DNA of 64,000 bases from an uncultured Acidimicrobiales bacterium. GTDB taxonomy: Bacteria > Actinomycetota > Acidimicrobiia > Acidimicrobiales > SZUA-35. Location of the stretch: positions 36,947-100,946 of the forward strand of contig CALIFY010000017.1 in assembly GCA_938021675.1 (NCBI GenBank), in the 5' to 3' direction. A model generated the notes under the pieces. The model was not told where the DNA came from. It did no database searches and saw nothing but the letters and a program-made list of their open reading frames with translations. This document shows positions 24,189 through 33,379 of this stretch, piece by piece; the stretch's first letter is position 1, and each line of letters begins with the position of its first letter. Both the position numbers and the translations under genes were made by a program.

Positions 24189-24848
24189 ATGATCGGCTGG
24201 CAGCGGGCACGGACGGCATCGGCTGGTCGGCGACCGGCGGTACTCCTGATCATCCTCGCCGTGTTGTCCGCTGGCTGCGCCGCCGATGGCCGTGATCTGG
24301 CCGAGCCCCTGGCCTGGCAAACCACCACGTCCCGACCACCGCCGACCACCGTGGCCCCCGATCGTGAGGTCAGCGACTCGGGGCTTGAACTATCGAGTCC
24401 AGACTTTTCTCCTGGGGCGGAAATCCCACTCAACGCCACCTGCGACGGCGACAACATATTCCCAACGCTTGAGTGGACGGGAGCAGCCGATACCGCGGTC
24501 GAACTGGCGGTGTCGTTGTCAGATCAGACCGATCCAGCCAATCCAGATTTGTTGTGGCTCATGGCTGGTATCGATCCAAGTCTTACCGGCCTCGATGCCG
24601 GGGTGCTCCCGGTCGGAGCGGTGGAGACGCTCAACGGGTTCGGAAATCCGGGCTACGGGAATCCATGCCTCATGTCTCTTACCGCTGACGAGCCGGGTAT
24701 TGGACGCGATCTACAGTTCCGCATCTACGTATTGGACCAACCGTCCGGTGTGTTCCCAGGCGCCGAAGGCGATGCGTCGTGGGCCACGATCAAGGCGATG
24801 TCGACCGACTCGGCATCGATCTTGGCCCGTCTAACGGCCGAAGCCTAG
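24189..24848 (+). CDS. PEBP/YbhB-like lipoprotein (divergent), tentative
   Basis: I moved the start to MIGWQRARTASAGRRPAVLLIILAVLSAGCA, which has an LSAGC lipobox. The segment LELSSPDFSPGAEIPLNATCDGDNIFPTLEW resembles the YbhB/YbcL N-terminal motif. I do not see the canonical DPDAP/HW motifs. Confidence 0.5.
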   Translation: MIGWQRARTASAGRRPAVLLIILAVLSAGCAADGRDLAEPLAWQTTTSRPPPTTVAPDREVSDSGLELSSPDFSPGAEIPLNATCDGDNIFPTLEWTGAADTAVELAVSLSDQTDPANPDLLWLMAGIDPSLTGLDAGVLPVGAVETLNGFGNPGYGNPCLMSLTADEPGIGRDLQFRIYVLDQPSGVFPGAEGDASWATIKAMSTDSASILARLTAEA

Positions 24849-25059
24849 GTACTCCTCCCCGGCGAGCCAGGCTATGAGCAGGCCGATGTCGAGATCGAAT
24901 CCGGTTGGGTCCGACTCCGGGAGGATCCTGAGAATTTCAGAAGTATCGACCGCTGAGACGGAACGAGGCGCCGGTGCTGGACACATACACCGTGGAAAGG
25001 CCGCCGGAGCGCGGCAGGTGGGATTCGCCCAAACAGTGGGCTGTTAAGGAGCTATCCGT

Positions 25060-26466
25060 ATGCGGGAAATACGTCGTACTCCCTTTTTCAGGCTGGGTAT
25101 ACCTCTGATCGCGGTGGTGCTTGCGCTGCTCATTCCGGCCGGATTGGCGTTAGCCAACAGCGAGAGCGGTTCGAGCACGGCCTGTGAAGCCGGCGGTCAG
25201 ACGCTGAGTGACGCTCGAGCGGCCTACGCCGAATCATGTCGGCAACCGCGATTGGACTGCGACCCAATCGATGGCCAGTGGCTCTGCTCAAGCCAACGAA
25301 TCGGCGACAACATGCCGAGGGGTGTCTCGTCGACGACGCCGGAGGGCACCGACGCGACGACCGCTCCCACCGTCACTCCGTCAACGACGCCGTCAGAGAC
25401 GACGACCACCGCCGGATCGACGACGACAACCGAGGGAACGACCACGACGGCGCCGACCTCCGAACCGGACCCGGCACCACCGGCACCACCGGATCCTGGA
25501 GGCAGCGATGCTCCGACACCAAACACCGAGAACGGTTTCCCCGCGGGGCACCCCGGGTCTTCTGAACTGTTGGTGACAAACAAGGAGAAGGACACCCGGT
25601 CGATCCCGCCCGACATCGCAACGTTTCGAACGGACTGCCACTACTCACACATGAACTTCGATGACGCCATCGTGTTCCCCGGCATGCCTGGCCTGGCCCA
25701 CCTCCACGTCTACTTTGGCAACACCACGGTCGACGCCTTCACCAACCCGGACACACTGGTCGATACCGGTGCATCGACCTGCGCCGGGGGGCGAGCGAAC
25801 CGCAGCGCCTATTGGGTGCCGGCCGTGATCGACACAAACGACGGCAACCGGGTCCTGGAACCGGAGGGTTCGACCATCTATTACAAGTCGGGTTGGTCCG
25901 GCGGCAAGCCGGAGCAGGTGGTCGCGCCGCCGAACGGCCTGCGGGTCGTGGCCGGAAACCAGACCTCCTCTGAACCGACCGGCCTTAAGTACTGGCAACG
26001 AAACTACAACTGGGCGTGTGGCGCGAAGGGTCAGGTGGAACAGAGCCGTTTCCAAGACCACATCCCAACCGACTGCCGGCCCGGTGAGCTGCTGATGGTG
26101 CGAGTCGACTTTCCGAACTGTTGGGACGGTGAGAACCTCGACTCGCCGGACCACCAGAGCCACATGGCATACACGACCGGCTCTCCCCAGAACCGCCAGG
26201 ACTGCCCCGCCTCTCACCCGGTCGCCATTCCCAAGATGTCGGTCAACGCCTACTTCAAGCTCACGTCGACCAACACCAGCGGCCTACGGCTCAGCTCCGA
26301 CAACTACACCGGTGGACCCGGCGGGTTCTCGGCCCACGCCGACTGGATCGTGGCCTGGGATCAAGCGATGTTCAGACGGGTGCTCGATGGATGCTTCCAA
26401 CCGGCAGACGACTGCGGCCACAACAACTTCAACGACGGGCAGGGTCTGGAGAACCAGCGCAAATAG
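25060..26466 (+). CDS. Secreted DUF1996-domain protein with a Thr/Pro-rich linker
   Basis: An AAGGAG Shine-Dalgarno lies upstream and a signal peptide is present. The linker reads TTAPTVTPSTTPSETTTTAGSTTTTEGTTTTAPT. The DUF1996-type motif is FRTDCHYSHMNFDDAIVFPGMPGLAHLHVYFGN. Confidence 0.75.
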   Translation: MREIRRTPFFRLGIPLIAVVLALLIPAGLALANSESGSSTACEAGGQTLSDARAAYAESCRQPRLDCDPIDGQWLCSSQRIGDNMPRGVSSTTPEGTDATTAPTVTPSTTPSETTTTAGSTTTTEGTTTTAPTSEPDPAPPAPPDPGGSDAPTPNTENGFPAGHPGSSELLVTNKEKDTRSIPPDIATFRTDCHYSHMNFDDAIVFPGMPGLAHLHVYFGNTTVDAFTNPDTLVDTGASTCAGGRANRSAYWVPAVIDTNDGNRVLEPEGSTIYYKSGWSGGKPEQVVAPPNGLRVVAGNQTSSEPTGLKYWQRNYNWACGAKGQVEQSRFQDHIPTDCRPGELLMVRVDFPNCWDGENLDSPDHQSHMAYTTGSPQNRQDCPASHPVAIPKMSVNAYFKLTSTNTSGLRLSSDNYTGGPGGFSAHADWIVAWDQAMFRRVLDGCFQPADDCGHNNFNDGQGLENQRK

Positions 26467-26501
26467 GCAACAAGGCCCTCCTGGAAACAGCAACGCAGAC
26501 A

Positions 26502-26572
26502 GGTTCGGGGTGGCACCAGACCACAGCCTGACACCACCCCGAACCATCTTTCTGTCACTTTTTCTCCTGGTT
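26502..26572 (+). terminator. Rho-independent terminator after the DUF1996 gene
   Basis: A perfect 12-bp stem, ggttcggggtgg (26502-26513) with ccaccccgaacc (26534-26545), is followed by atctttctgtcactttttctcc. Confidence 0.6.
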
Positions 26573-26581
26573 CTTTAGTCT

Positions 26582-26617
26582 GCAAATAACCATAAACCCG
26601 GCTCGTTCCAGCCGGTT
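26582..26617 (-). terminator. Possible terminator downstream of dnaE2
   Basis: The hairpin is aacccggct / agccggtt with one bulge. On the minus strand it is followed by ttatggttatttgc. Confidence 0.35.
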
Positions 26618-26690
26618 GCTTTCGGTATGACGACTGCCCATATCAGATACCTCGCGCAAAAGTGACCCAAGCCACCAGGGCATCGCTTGC

Positions 26691-29600
26691 TTAGCGAAAA
26701 TCGCGGGAGGTCGGTGCGCCCGCTACGGAAAGCGGCTCCAATCGCTCAGCGACTACGTTCACTACCGTCTCTTGGCGCTCGACTCGACCTCGAATCAACA
26801 GAGCAGGCGAGTTTCGAGCGGCGTGACGAAAGCGGGTCCAACACCCGACCGACACCACCACGTTGATCAATCCGGTTTCGTCTTCCAACCCGAGAAACGT
26901 CGTGCCCGAAGCGGTAGCAGGCCGTTGTCGGTGGGTCACCACCCCGCCGACCATCACTTTGTCGCCGTGGTGAGTCTTCGATAGATCGCAAGCCGCCACC
27001 ACCCCCAGGCGGTTCATCTCGGCGCGAAGGAAGCGGGTCGGATGACCATCGGCTGCCACTCCGGTGGCCCACAGGTCGGCCATCGCCTCCTCTTGCTCGC
27101 TCATCCCCGGCAACTGCGGGGCGACGACGCCGGTCACGATCCCCTCCAGCTGATCACCGGTTACCTCGGCGACGGCACCGGCTTCCCATAGCGCCCGTCG
27201 CCGACTCGCTGAATCAGGTGGCCGGTTACTCACCTGTGCGTTCACCTTCGCCGGAGGCAGCTGGTCGTCGAAGCAGGCGAACGCTCCGGCGGTAGCCAAA
27301 GCTTCCAATCCCTTGGACCGCACGTCGGCCCGCCGGGCCACGTCTTCGATCGAACGGTACGGGCGACCGGCCGCCACCCGTTTGGCGACATCGCCCCCGA
27401 TGCTACGGACCGACCCGACCCCCATCCGGATCCCCCACCCGAGGTCATGGCGTTCGCTGGCAATCTGGCTTGCCCCATCGACGATGATCTTCGGTGGCAT
27501 CTCCCCGGCCGGGATCAGCTCAAGGTCGGCCTCGGCCCCCGAGGTATTCACACACGGTCCGAAGGTCGGTACCCCGTGGCGGCGGGCGTCCTGAACCAGC
27601 GAATGCGGTGAGTAAAACCCCATCGGTTGGGCTCGGAGTAAGGCCGCACAAAAGGCCGCCGGATAGTGAAGTTTCAACCACGATGAGGCGTAGACCAGAT
27701 ACGCGAAGCTGATCGAATGGCTTTCGGGAAACCCGTAATTTGCAAACGCAGCCAGCTTGTCCCAAATCTGATCGATCACCTCATCGGCCACCCCGTTGCC
27801 CCTCGCTCCGTCCACGAACCGATCACGCAGCTGCGCCATCCGCTCTTGTGATCGTTTCGCCCCTAACGCTTGGCGGAGTTCGTCGGCATCACCGGCGCTG
27901 AACCCGGCAACATCGATCGAGATCTGCATCAGCTGCTCTTGGAATAAGGGCACCCCACAGGTGCGAGACAACGCTCCTTCCAACAGGGGGTGCAGGTAGG
28001 TCACCGGTTCTTGGCCATTTCGACGACGGATATACGGGTGAACCGAACCCCCTTGAATCGGCCCCGGTCTGATCAACGCAATCTCGATCACCAGGTCATA
28101 AAAATTGCGGGGCTTGAGTCGAGGCAGGGTGCCCATCTGGGCTCGCGACTCGACCTGGAACACCCCGATCGAGTCGGCCCGACACAACATGTCGTAGACC
28201 GCATCTTCCTGTTCGAGAGACGCCAGGTCGATCTCGATCCCATGATGTTCGGTCACGAGGTCTATGGCGTAGTGCAGACCGGACAGCATCCCGAGACCGA
28301 GCAAATCAAACTTGACCAACCCAGCCGCTGCACAGTCGTCCTTATCCCATTGGAGCACGGTTCGGTTCTCCATCCGAGCCCACTCCACCGGGCATACCTC
28401 GATCACCGGCCGATCACACATCACCATCCCACCGGAATGGATTCCGAGGTGACGGGGCAGATCCGTGAACTGGTTCGACAGTTCGACCACGTCATTTGGT
28501 ATGCCCGCAACCAAAGACTCAGCATCACGACGTTCGGCTGGGGCCGGAGGTTGCGGTGGCCGGCGATAGTCCGACACACATTTGGCAAACCGGTCCTGTT
28601 GCCCGGGGGCATAGCCAAGGGCCTTCGCCGCATCCCGAACCGCCGAACGGGTTCGGTAGGTAATGACGTTGGCCACCTGAGCTGCGTGATAACGATCGTG
28701 TTTTTCGTAGACGTACTGAATGGCCTCTTCTCGCCGGCCGGACTCGATGTCCAGATCGATATCGGGTGGGCCGTCGCGTTCGAGTGACAGGAACCGCTCG
28801 AACAACAACCCGAGGTCGACCGGGTCAGCGTTTGTCACCCCGAGCACGTAACACACCGCAGAGTTTGCGGCCGACCCCCGGCCCTGGCACAAGATGTTGT
28901 TCTCTCGGCAGAACTCGACGATGTCCCAAACCACAAGGAAGTAGCCGGGGTAATTCAGCTTCTGAATCAAATCGAGTTCGAGATCAAGCTGGGCCCAGGC
29001 CTGGGCCGTGCCTCGTTCCCCTCGTGTTCCGTATCGCTCGCTCCCCCGCTCCTCGACCACATGGCGGAGATATTCCATTTCGGTCATCCCGTCTTTGCAT
29101 TCGAACGGTGGCAGGTCGGGGGCGAGTAGTGACAGGTCGAAGGCGCAGGCCAAGCCGTACTCGGCCGCCAGCTCGACCACCCCGGGATAGCGAGCAAAGC
29201 GACGGGCCTGCTCATCTCCGGATCGGAGGTGAGCAGATGAGGCAGGAGGTAGCCAACCCTCGGCCTCATCCAGTGAGCGTCGTGCCCGGACCGCGGCCAG
29301 AGCGGTAGCCAACGTCCGACATGACGGGGTGGCGTAGTGGACGTTGTTGGTAGCCACCGGTTCGACCCCGGCCCCCACCGCTAATCGGACAAGCGCGTCG
29401 TTTCGTGCGCTATCGGTCGGTGAGCCATGGTCCCAGAGCTCAACGGCGACGTTTGCCCGCCCAAACCGATCGATCAGACCACCGAGCGCGGAAGCGGCAG
29501 CAGCCGGCCCTTCCCGCTCCAAGGTTCGAGGCACCGTGCCCTTCCGACAGCCGGTCAGTACAAGCCAGTGGGCCAGTTCGTCATCGCTGGTCCAGGCATC

Positions 29601-30158
29601 GAGATCGGCCATAGTGAGCCGAGGTGCCCCTTTCTGACCCGCCAGTTGGGCGTAGCTGATGACCCGTGATAGCGCCGCATACCCGATGGGGTCCCGGGCC
29701 AACACCAGCAGATGCGAACCATCCGGGTCCGATTGGCCGAGGGTGACATCGAGCTTGTCGACGGTCAGTTCGGCCCCGAAAATAGTCGGCATACCAACCG
29801 CTCTGGCCGCCTCGGTGAATCGCACGACCCCGTAGAAACCGTCGTGGTCGGTCAGGGCCATCGCCGCGAGGTCGAGTCGGGCCGCCTCTTCCACTAGCGC
29901 TTCGGGATTCGACGCCCCATCGAGGAAACTGAAACTGGAGTGACAGTGCAGCTCGGCGTATGGCACCGATGACGGGACACGGACGATGTCGGGCCGCCGA
30001 TATTGCGGCCGCGTATAAGACCATGCCGGGCTGTCGCCGCCATTGGCAGCCGGACCGTATGGCACCGCGGCCGGGTGTTGTTTTTGTCCACCCGCTGGCG
30101 AATCCGAAAGCACTCGTTCGAGAGCACGCCACGGGACAGGAGGATTCTGCCAACCCAT
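26691..30158 (-). CDS. dnaE2: Error-prone DNA polymerase III alpha-like subunit DnaE2
   Basis: 1155 aa. The PHP N-terminus reads YAELHCHSSFSFLDGAS. The Pol III alpha core includes GIHSGGMV, KFDLLGLGMLS and RPGPIQGG. The C-terminal OB region is short, which is typical of DnaE2. An SOS box lies 22 nt upstream. Confidence 0.9.
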   Translation of the reverse strand: MGWQNPPVPWRALERVLSDSPAGGQKQHPAAVPYGPAANGGDSPAWSYTRPQYRRPDIVRVPSSVPYAELHCHSSFSFLDGASNPEALVEEAARLDLAAMALTDHDGFYGVVRFTEAARAVGMPTIFGAELTVDKLDVTLGQSDPDGSHLLVLARDPIGYAALSRVISYAQLAGQKGAPRLTMADLDAWTSDDELAHWLVLTGCRKGTVPRTLEREGPAAAASALGGLIDRFGRANVAVELWDHGSPTDSARNDALVRLAVGAGVEPVATNNVHYATPSCRTLATALAAVRARRSLDEAEGWLPPASSAHLRSGDEQARRFARYPGVVELAAEYGLACAFDLSLLAPDLPPFECKDGMTEMEYLRHVVEERGSERYGTRGERGTAQAWAQLDLELDLIQKLNYPGYFLVVWDIVEFCRENNILCQGRGSAANSAVCYVLGVTNADPVDLGLLFERFLSLERDGPPDIDLDIESGRREEAIQYVYEKHDRYHAAQVANVITYRTRSAVRDAAKALGYAPGQQDRFAKCVSDYRRPPQPPAPAERRDAESLVAGIPNDVVELSNQFTDLPRHLGIHSGGMVMCDRPVIEVCPVEWARMENRTVLQWDKDDCAAAGLVKFDLLGLGMLSGLHYAIDLVTEHHGIEIDLASLEQEDAVYDMLCRADSIGVFQVESRAQMGTLPRLKPRNFYDLVIEIALIRPGPIQGGSVHPYIRRRNGQEPVTYLHPLLEGALSRTCGVPLFQEQLMQISIDVAGFSAGDADELRQALGAKRSQERMAQLRDRFVDGARGNGVADEVIDQIWDKLAAFANYGFPESHSISFAYLVYASSWLKLHYPAAFCAALLRAQPMGFYSPHSLVQDARRHGVPTFGPCVNTSGAEADLELIPAGEMPPKIIVDGASQIASERHDLGWGIRMGVGSVRSIGGDVAKRVAAGRPYRSIEDVARRADVRSKGLEALATAGAFACFDDQLPPAKVNAQVSNRPPDSASRRRALWEAGAVAEVTGDQLEGIVTGVVAPQLPGMSEQEEAMADLWATGVAADGHPTRFLRAEMNRLGVVAACDLSKTHHGDKVMVGGVVTHRQRPATASGTTFLGLEDETGLINVVVSVGCWTRFRHAARNSPALLIRGRVERQETVVNVVAERLEPLSVAGAPTSRDFR

Positions 30159-30179
30159 ACCATCAGGTTAGCCCATGAA

Positions 30180-30195
30180 TCGAACACTTGTTCGG
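30180..30195. promoter_or_regulatory. LexA SOS box TCGAACACTTGTTCGG upstream of dnaE2
   Basis: It matches TCGAAC-N4-GTTCGA at 11 of 12 arm positions. It lies 22 nt upstream of the dnaE2 start codon (30158). Confidence 0.8.
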
Positions 30196-30247
30196 TCTGG
30201 TTTGGCTTGGCTTGGTGTTTGCCGCCGGCGAGCCGCGCCGCTGGGAT

Positions 30248-30895
30248 CTATGCCGGCCCGTCGAGTCGGTCGTTCCGCATCGCTTCCAGCATCGGAACGG
30301 CCAGACCGGCGATGGCGGCAAGGGTGCGGAACAGCGAGTCGGCCCGCTCGTCACTCCGGTCGAGCCGACTCATCAATTCGATACCGAGGAACAGCGCCGA
30401 CACGGCATGAGCGAGGTCTTCGGTCGGCACCACCTGGGCAAAGGGGGTGTCGGCCAGGCCACGACGAAGCGCCTCTTCGACCATCTCATCCCAAGGACGG
30501 AGAATCTCCAGGATTCGCTTACCGACGACGCTGTTCGTCGACCAGCCAGCCACGATGGCCACCAACGCCGGATGGTCGGGATCATCGACATTGCCATGCA
30601 AGTCGGTCGCTATCGCCACCAACTCCCCAAGGTCATCGACCGACGCAAGCCGATCACGAAAGCGGCCGATCCTGCGATCGTTTGCCCGCTGCAGGGCGGC
30701 GAGAAGCAGTTCCTCAATCGAGCCGAAGTGATAAAACACCAAGGCCTGATTGAAGTCGCCGGTCCGAGCGATGGCCCGAGCGCTCGTACCGACCAACCCT
30801 TCGACCTGGACCGTCTTAAGCGCTGCATCGATAATTCGATCTCGGGTTTCCAGTCCAGACCGACTGCTCTTACGTTCGCTTGTGCCACCCATCAC
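30248..30895 (-). CDS. TetR-family transcriptional regulator
   Basis: The N-terminal HTH reads RDRIIDAALKTVQVEGLVGTSARAIARTGDFNQALVFYHFGS. Confidence 0.9.
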   Translation of the reverse strand: MMGGTSERKSSRSGLETRDRIIDAALKTVQVEGLVGTSARAIARTGDFNQALVFYHFGSIEELLLAALQRANDRRIGRFRDRLASVDDLGELVAIATDLHGNVDDPDHPALVAIVAGWSTNSVVGKRILEILRPWDEMVEEALRRGLADTPFAQVVPTEDLAHAVSALFLGIELMSRLDRSDERADSLFRTLAAIAGLAVPMLEAMRNDRLDGPA

Positions 30896-30989
30896 ACTTC
30901 ATTGTGCCCCCTCCGCAAGACAGCTGCAGGATCCGGGAGAACATCGACCATCGACCCGAAGCGATGGTTTCGACCCAACGCAAGACGAG

Positions 30990-32261
30990 TCACCGAGAGA
31001 CAGAGGCAAACCGGTGGGTTACGTAAATCCGGCCGCTGTCGGTCACGATCACACCGACCCCCAGCACCCGGAAGCTGGGATTCAAGATGTTGGCCCGGTG
31101 ATCGTCACTGTCCATAAACGCCTCGATGAGGTCTTCGACTTCACGGCCAAGCCCTACGTTCTCCGCCGCCGTCTCCCAGGTTGAGGGCAGTCCGCCGGTA
31201 ATGTCCGGAGCATGCTCCAAGGTGCCGCGGCGGGCCATATCGAGTGACCAGACTCTCGCCGCACCGCTCATCTCCCGATCGAGTCGAAACGGGATGAGAC
31301 CGCGCTCTGTGCGAATCTCATCGAGAGCTTCGATGAACTCACGCTCATACTCAGCTGCCACATCGTCGACGACCGGACCGGCGGTAGTCGAAGAGCCAAT
31401 CGCGCTGGTTGTCGTGGTCGATGTGTCGGTGGTCTCCGGCACAGTGGGGCGGGGTGGAGGCAGGCTCGGGGACGGTGGTGGCGCTGTCGTCGACGTCGTC
31501 GCAACGGTGGTAGTTGCCGGCACCGAATCGTCGTCGGCCGACGGCGAAGTGGTCGGGCCCGGCAATCCATCCGGAGACGAGGTTGGAGACGAGGTCGGTG
31601 ATGAGGTTGAAGACGAGGTCGGCTCCGAGCCGTCCGGCGCCGGGCTCCCCGGTTCGATGATCGTCGCCGTGGTGGTTGTCGCCGAGCCACCGACGGTGCC
31701 GCCCTCAGGGACGCTCACGACGACAACCGTTCGATCGGAAGTCCGAACACTCGACGAACCGGCGACCGACGAGCTGGTCACCCGAGGGGCTTCATCGCCA
31801 TCATCACGTTGTGTCGGCCGACCGGAGTCGACGACTTCAGGCCCTGAAACGTCGGGGGTCGAGGTAGTAGCACCCGACACTCCGCCATCGGCCGGCCGCC
31901 CACCGGGCGGTTCCGAGGCCGGCGCGTCACCTCCGACATCCTCATCGTTCCCATCGTTATCGACGATGCCTTCGGACGCATCGATCGGTTGACCCTCAGA
32001 GTTCGGAGCGGGCAACCGCTGCGAGTCGACATCTGCCTGAATATCGGGCAGCCCATCGCTGGTGGAGCGATCGACGTCGACCACCAAAGGGTCGCCGTCG
32101 ACTCCGGGTTCTGGGGTGGAGGCGAACCCGATGGTCTCGACGGTCGAACCACAGGCCGAAGCCAAAACGCACGACACCGCGGAAACCACCAGCATGGCGG
32201 GCAACCGGCGCCACAGGTCGGACCGTTCCCCCGCCAGTACTCCGGTTCGATCTGCTCTCAC
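30990..32261 (-). CDS. CAP/SCP (YkwD-like) domain lipoprotein with a long low-complexity Ser/Thr/Pro/Asp linker
   Basis: A lipobox-like LASAC is present. The C-terminal CAP motifs include GAARVWSLDMARRGTLEH, AENVG and FMDSDDHRANILNPSFRVLGVGV. The track start is a GTG at 32261, and the Met at 32195 is an alternative. Confidence 0.8.
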   Translation of the reverse strand: MRADRTGVLAGERSDLWRRLPAMLVVSAVSCVLASACGSTVETIGFASTPEPGVDGDPLVVDVDRSTSDGLPDIQADVDSQRLPAPNSEGQPIDASEGIVDNDGNDEDVGGDAPASEPPGGRPADGGVSGATTSTPDVSGPEVVDSGRPTQRDDGDEAPRVTSSSVAGSSSVRTSDRTVVVVSVPEGGTVGGSATTTTATIIEPGSPAPDGSEPTSSSTSSPTSSPTSSPDGLPGPTTSPSADDDSVPATTTVATTSTTAPPPSPSLPPPRPTVPETTDTSTTTTSAIGSSTTAGPVVDDVAAEYEREFIEALDEIRTERGLIPFRLDREMSGAARVWSLDMARRGTLEHAPDITGGLPSTWETAAENVGLGREVEDLIEAFMDSDDHRANILNPSFRVLGVGVIVTDSGRIYVTHRFASVSR

Positions 32262-32326
32262 CTCGACCCACCCGTCTTCGCCGCACCACCAGCGGCGTCG
32301 CCTTTCCCGCCACCGATCGTCAATCT

Positions 32327-32365
32327 ATGAACAATCCGAATTGTTATGAACAATTATGAACGATC
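32327..32365. promoter_or_regulatory. Three direct 10-bp repeats (TATGAACAAT, TATGAACAAT, TATGAACGAT) plus an AACAAT-N4-ATTGTT palindrome in an AT-rich promoter region
   Basis: Read directly from the sequence, with repeats at 32327-32336, 32346-32355 and 32356-32365. They lie 66-104 nt upstream of the CAP-domain gene start. Confidence 0.4.
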
Positions 32366-32452
32366 CATGTACAGCCGATCGACTGTTCGGATGACCGTCG
32401 ACTGACAAGACTAGTGAAATCTACTGATGTTCAGATCTTTTCCCATTGTTTC

Positions 32453-33310
32453 TCATCTTCTCAGTTCGAGCCACCCTCGTGTCTGCGCCATCTCCAACTC
32501 CAGCGCCTGGTGGCGCGAGATGCCCCGATGGCGGATAACCGCCGGGTCGGCCTCGACCAAAAACCTGGCGAACCGCTGTCTACGGTCCCCGCCGGCCAGG
32601 AACGTTCCGAGTTGCGTTTGTTGGATCCGGATCGTGAACAGGGCCCACCGGCCATCAAATCCATCCAGTCGTCTCAGCGTTTGCCGCTCGCTACGACAGA
32701 ACAAACCGGTGCCGCACCGCTCGGCGGCGACGACCGGGTCAGACACCGGCCTCTCAGGCTGAAACAACGCCCCGTTTGGATGGATGAACCAATTGCGTCG
32801 CCAGACGACTCGACGGCTGAGTCGATCGAGCATCTGATCGACCCGACCAGCGAGTACCTCCCGATAGCCGTCGACCGGGTCGTGAACGTCGGCGAGCGAC
32901 CGTCCCAGTTTGTCGGCCAACCGCCATCGACTCGGGAAGCACAACGAGGCCCCGGCCAGCACCCAGCCGTCGACATCGCGACGAAGTACACAGAGGTCTT
33001 CTTGGACCAACCGGCCGGCCTGATCGAGCGGATGAACGACGTGGGCCGCCCCATCGCCGATGGTTGCCCCCTGTTCCTCCAGATCGGTGAGGATCAGCTC
33101 TTTGACCGCGGCGCCCACCGACTCAACTCCTGGCTGGACGGCGAAGACCTCGTCATGCCGCTCAGCCAACAAGCGGCGTTTCAACCCCAGTTCGTCGGCC
33201 CGACGGTCATCGAGCACCAGCCATGGCCGCGCCCCGAGCTGCCGGGTTGCCATTCTGAGCCATGGCGATCCGGGGTCGAGATCGATCTCATCGAACCACG
33301 GTTCTGTCAC
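32453..33310 (-). CDS. DUF3445-family protein (haem-dependent oxidative N-demethylase-like family)
   Basis: I moved the start to the GTG at 33310 (VTEPWFDEIDLDPGSPWL). Segments such as VQEDLCVL, GASLCFPSRW and WRRNWFI resemble DUF3445. The upstream 69 codons of the track ORF overlap the divergent larE promoter region. Confidence 0.6.
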   Translation of the reverse strand: MTEPWFDEIDLDPGSPWLRMATRQLGARPWLVLDDRRADELGLKRRLLAERHDEVFAVQPGVESVGAAVKELILTDLEEQGATIGDGAAHVVHPLDQAGRLVQEDLCVLRRDVDGWVLAGASLCFPSRWRLADKLGRSLADVHDPVDGYREVLAGRVDQMLDRLSRRVVWRRNWFIHPNGALFQPERPVSDPVVAAERCGTGLFCRSERQTLRRLDGFDGRWALFTIRIQQTQLGTFLAGGDRRQRFARFLVEADPAVIRHRGISRHQALELEMAQTRGWLELRR

Positions 33311-33379
33311 CCTCAACAGGATACGACAACAAGATGATCGAAGAGCTGGACCGCGAGCGGCGTCGATACCCTTGCTCCT

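Noticed and set aside
24831-24986. A 51-aa minus-strand ORF (MCPAPAPRSVSAVDTSEILRILPESDPTGFDLDIGLLIAWLAGEEYLGFGR) in the gap before the DUF1996 gene.
   Set aside because: It is below the track cut-off and has no Shine-Dalgarno. GC3 is mixed in its first half. It overlaps the PEBP-like gene by 18 nt, and I recognise no family. It may be a gene fragment.
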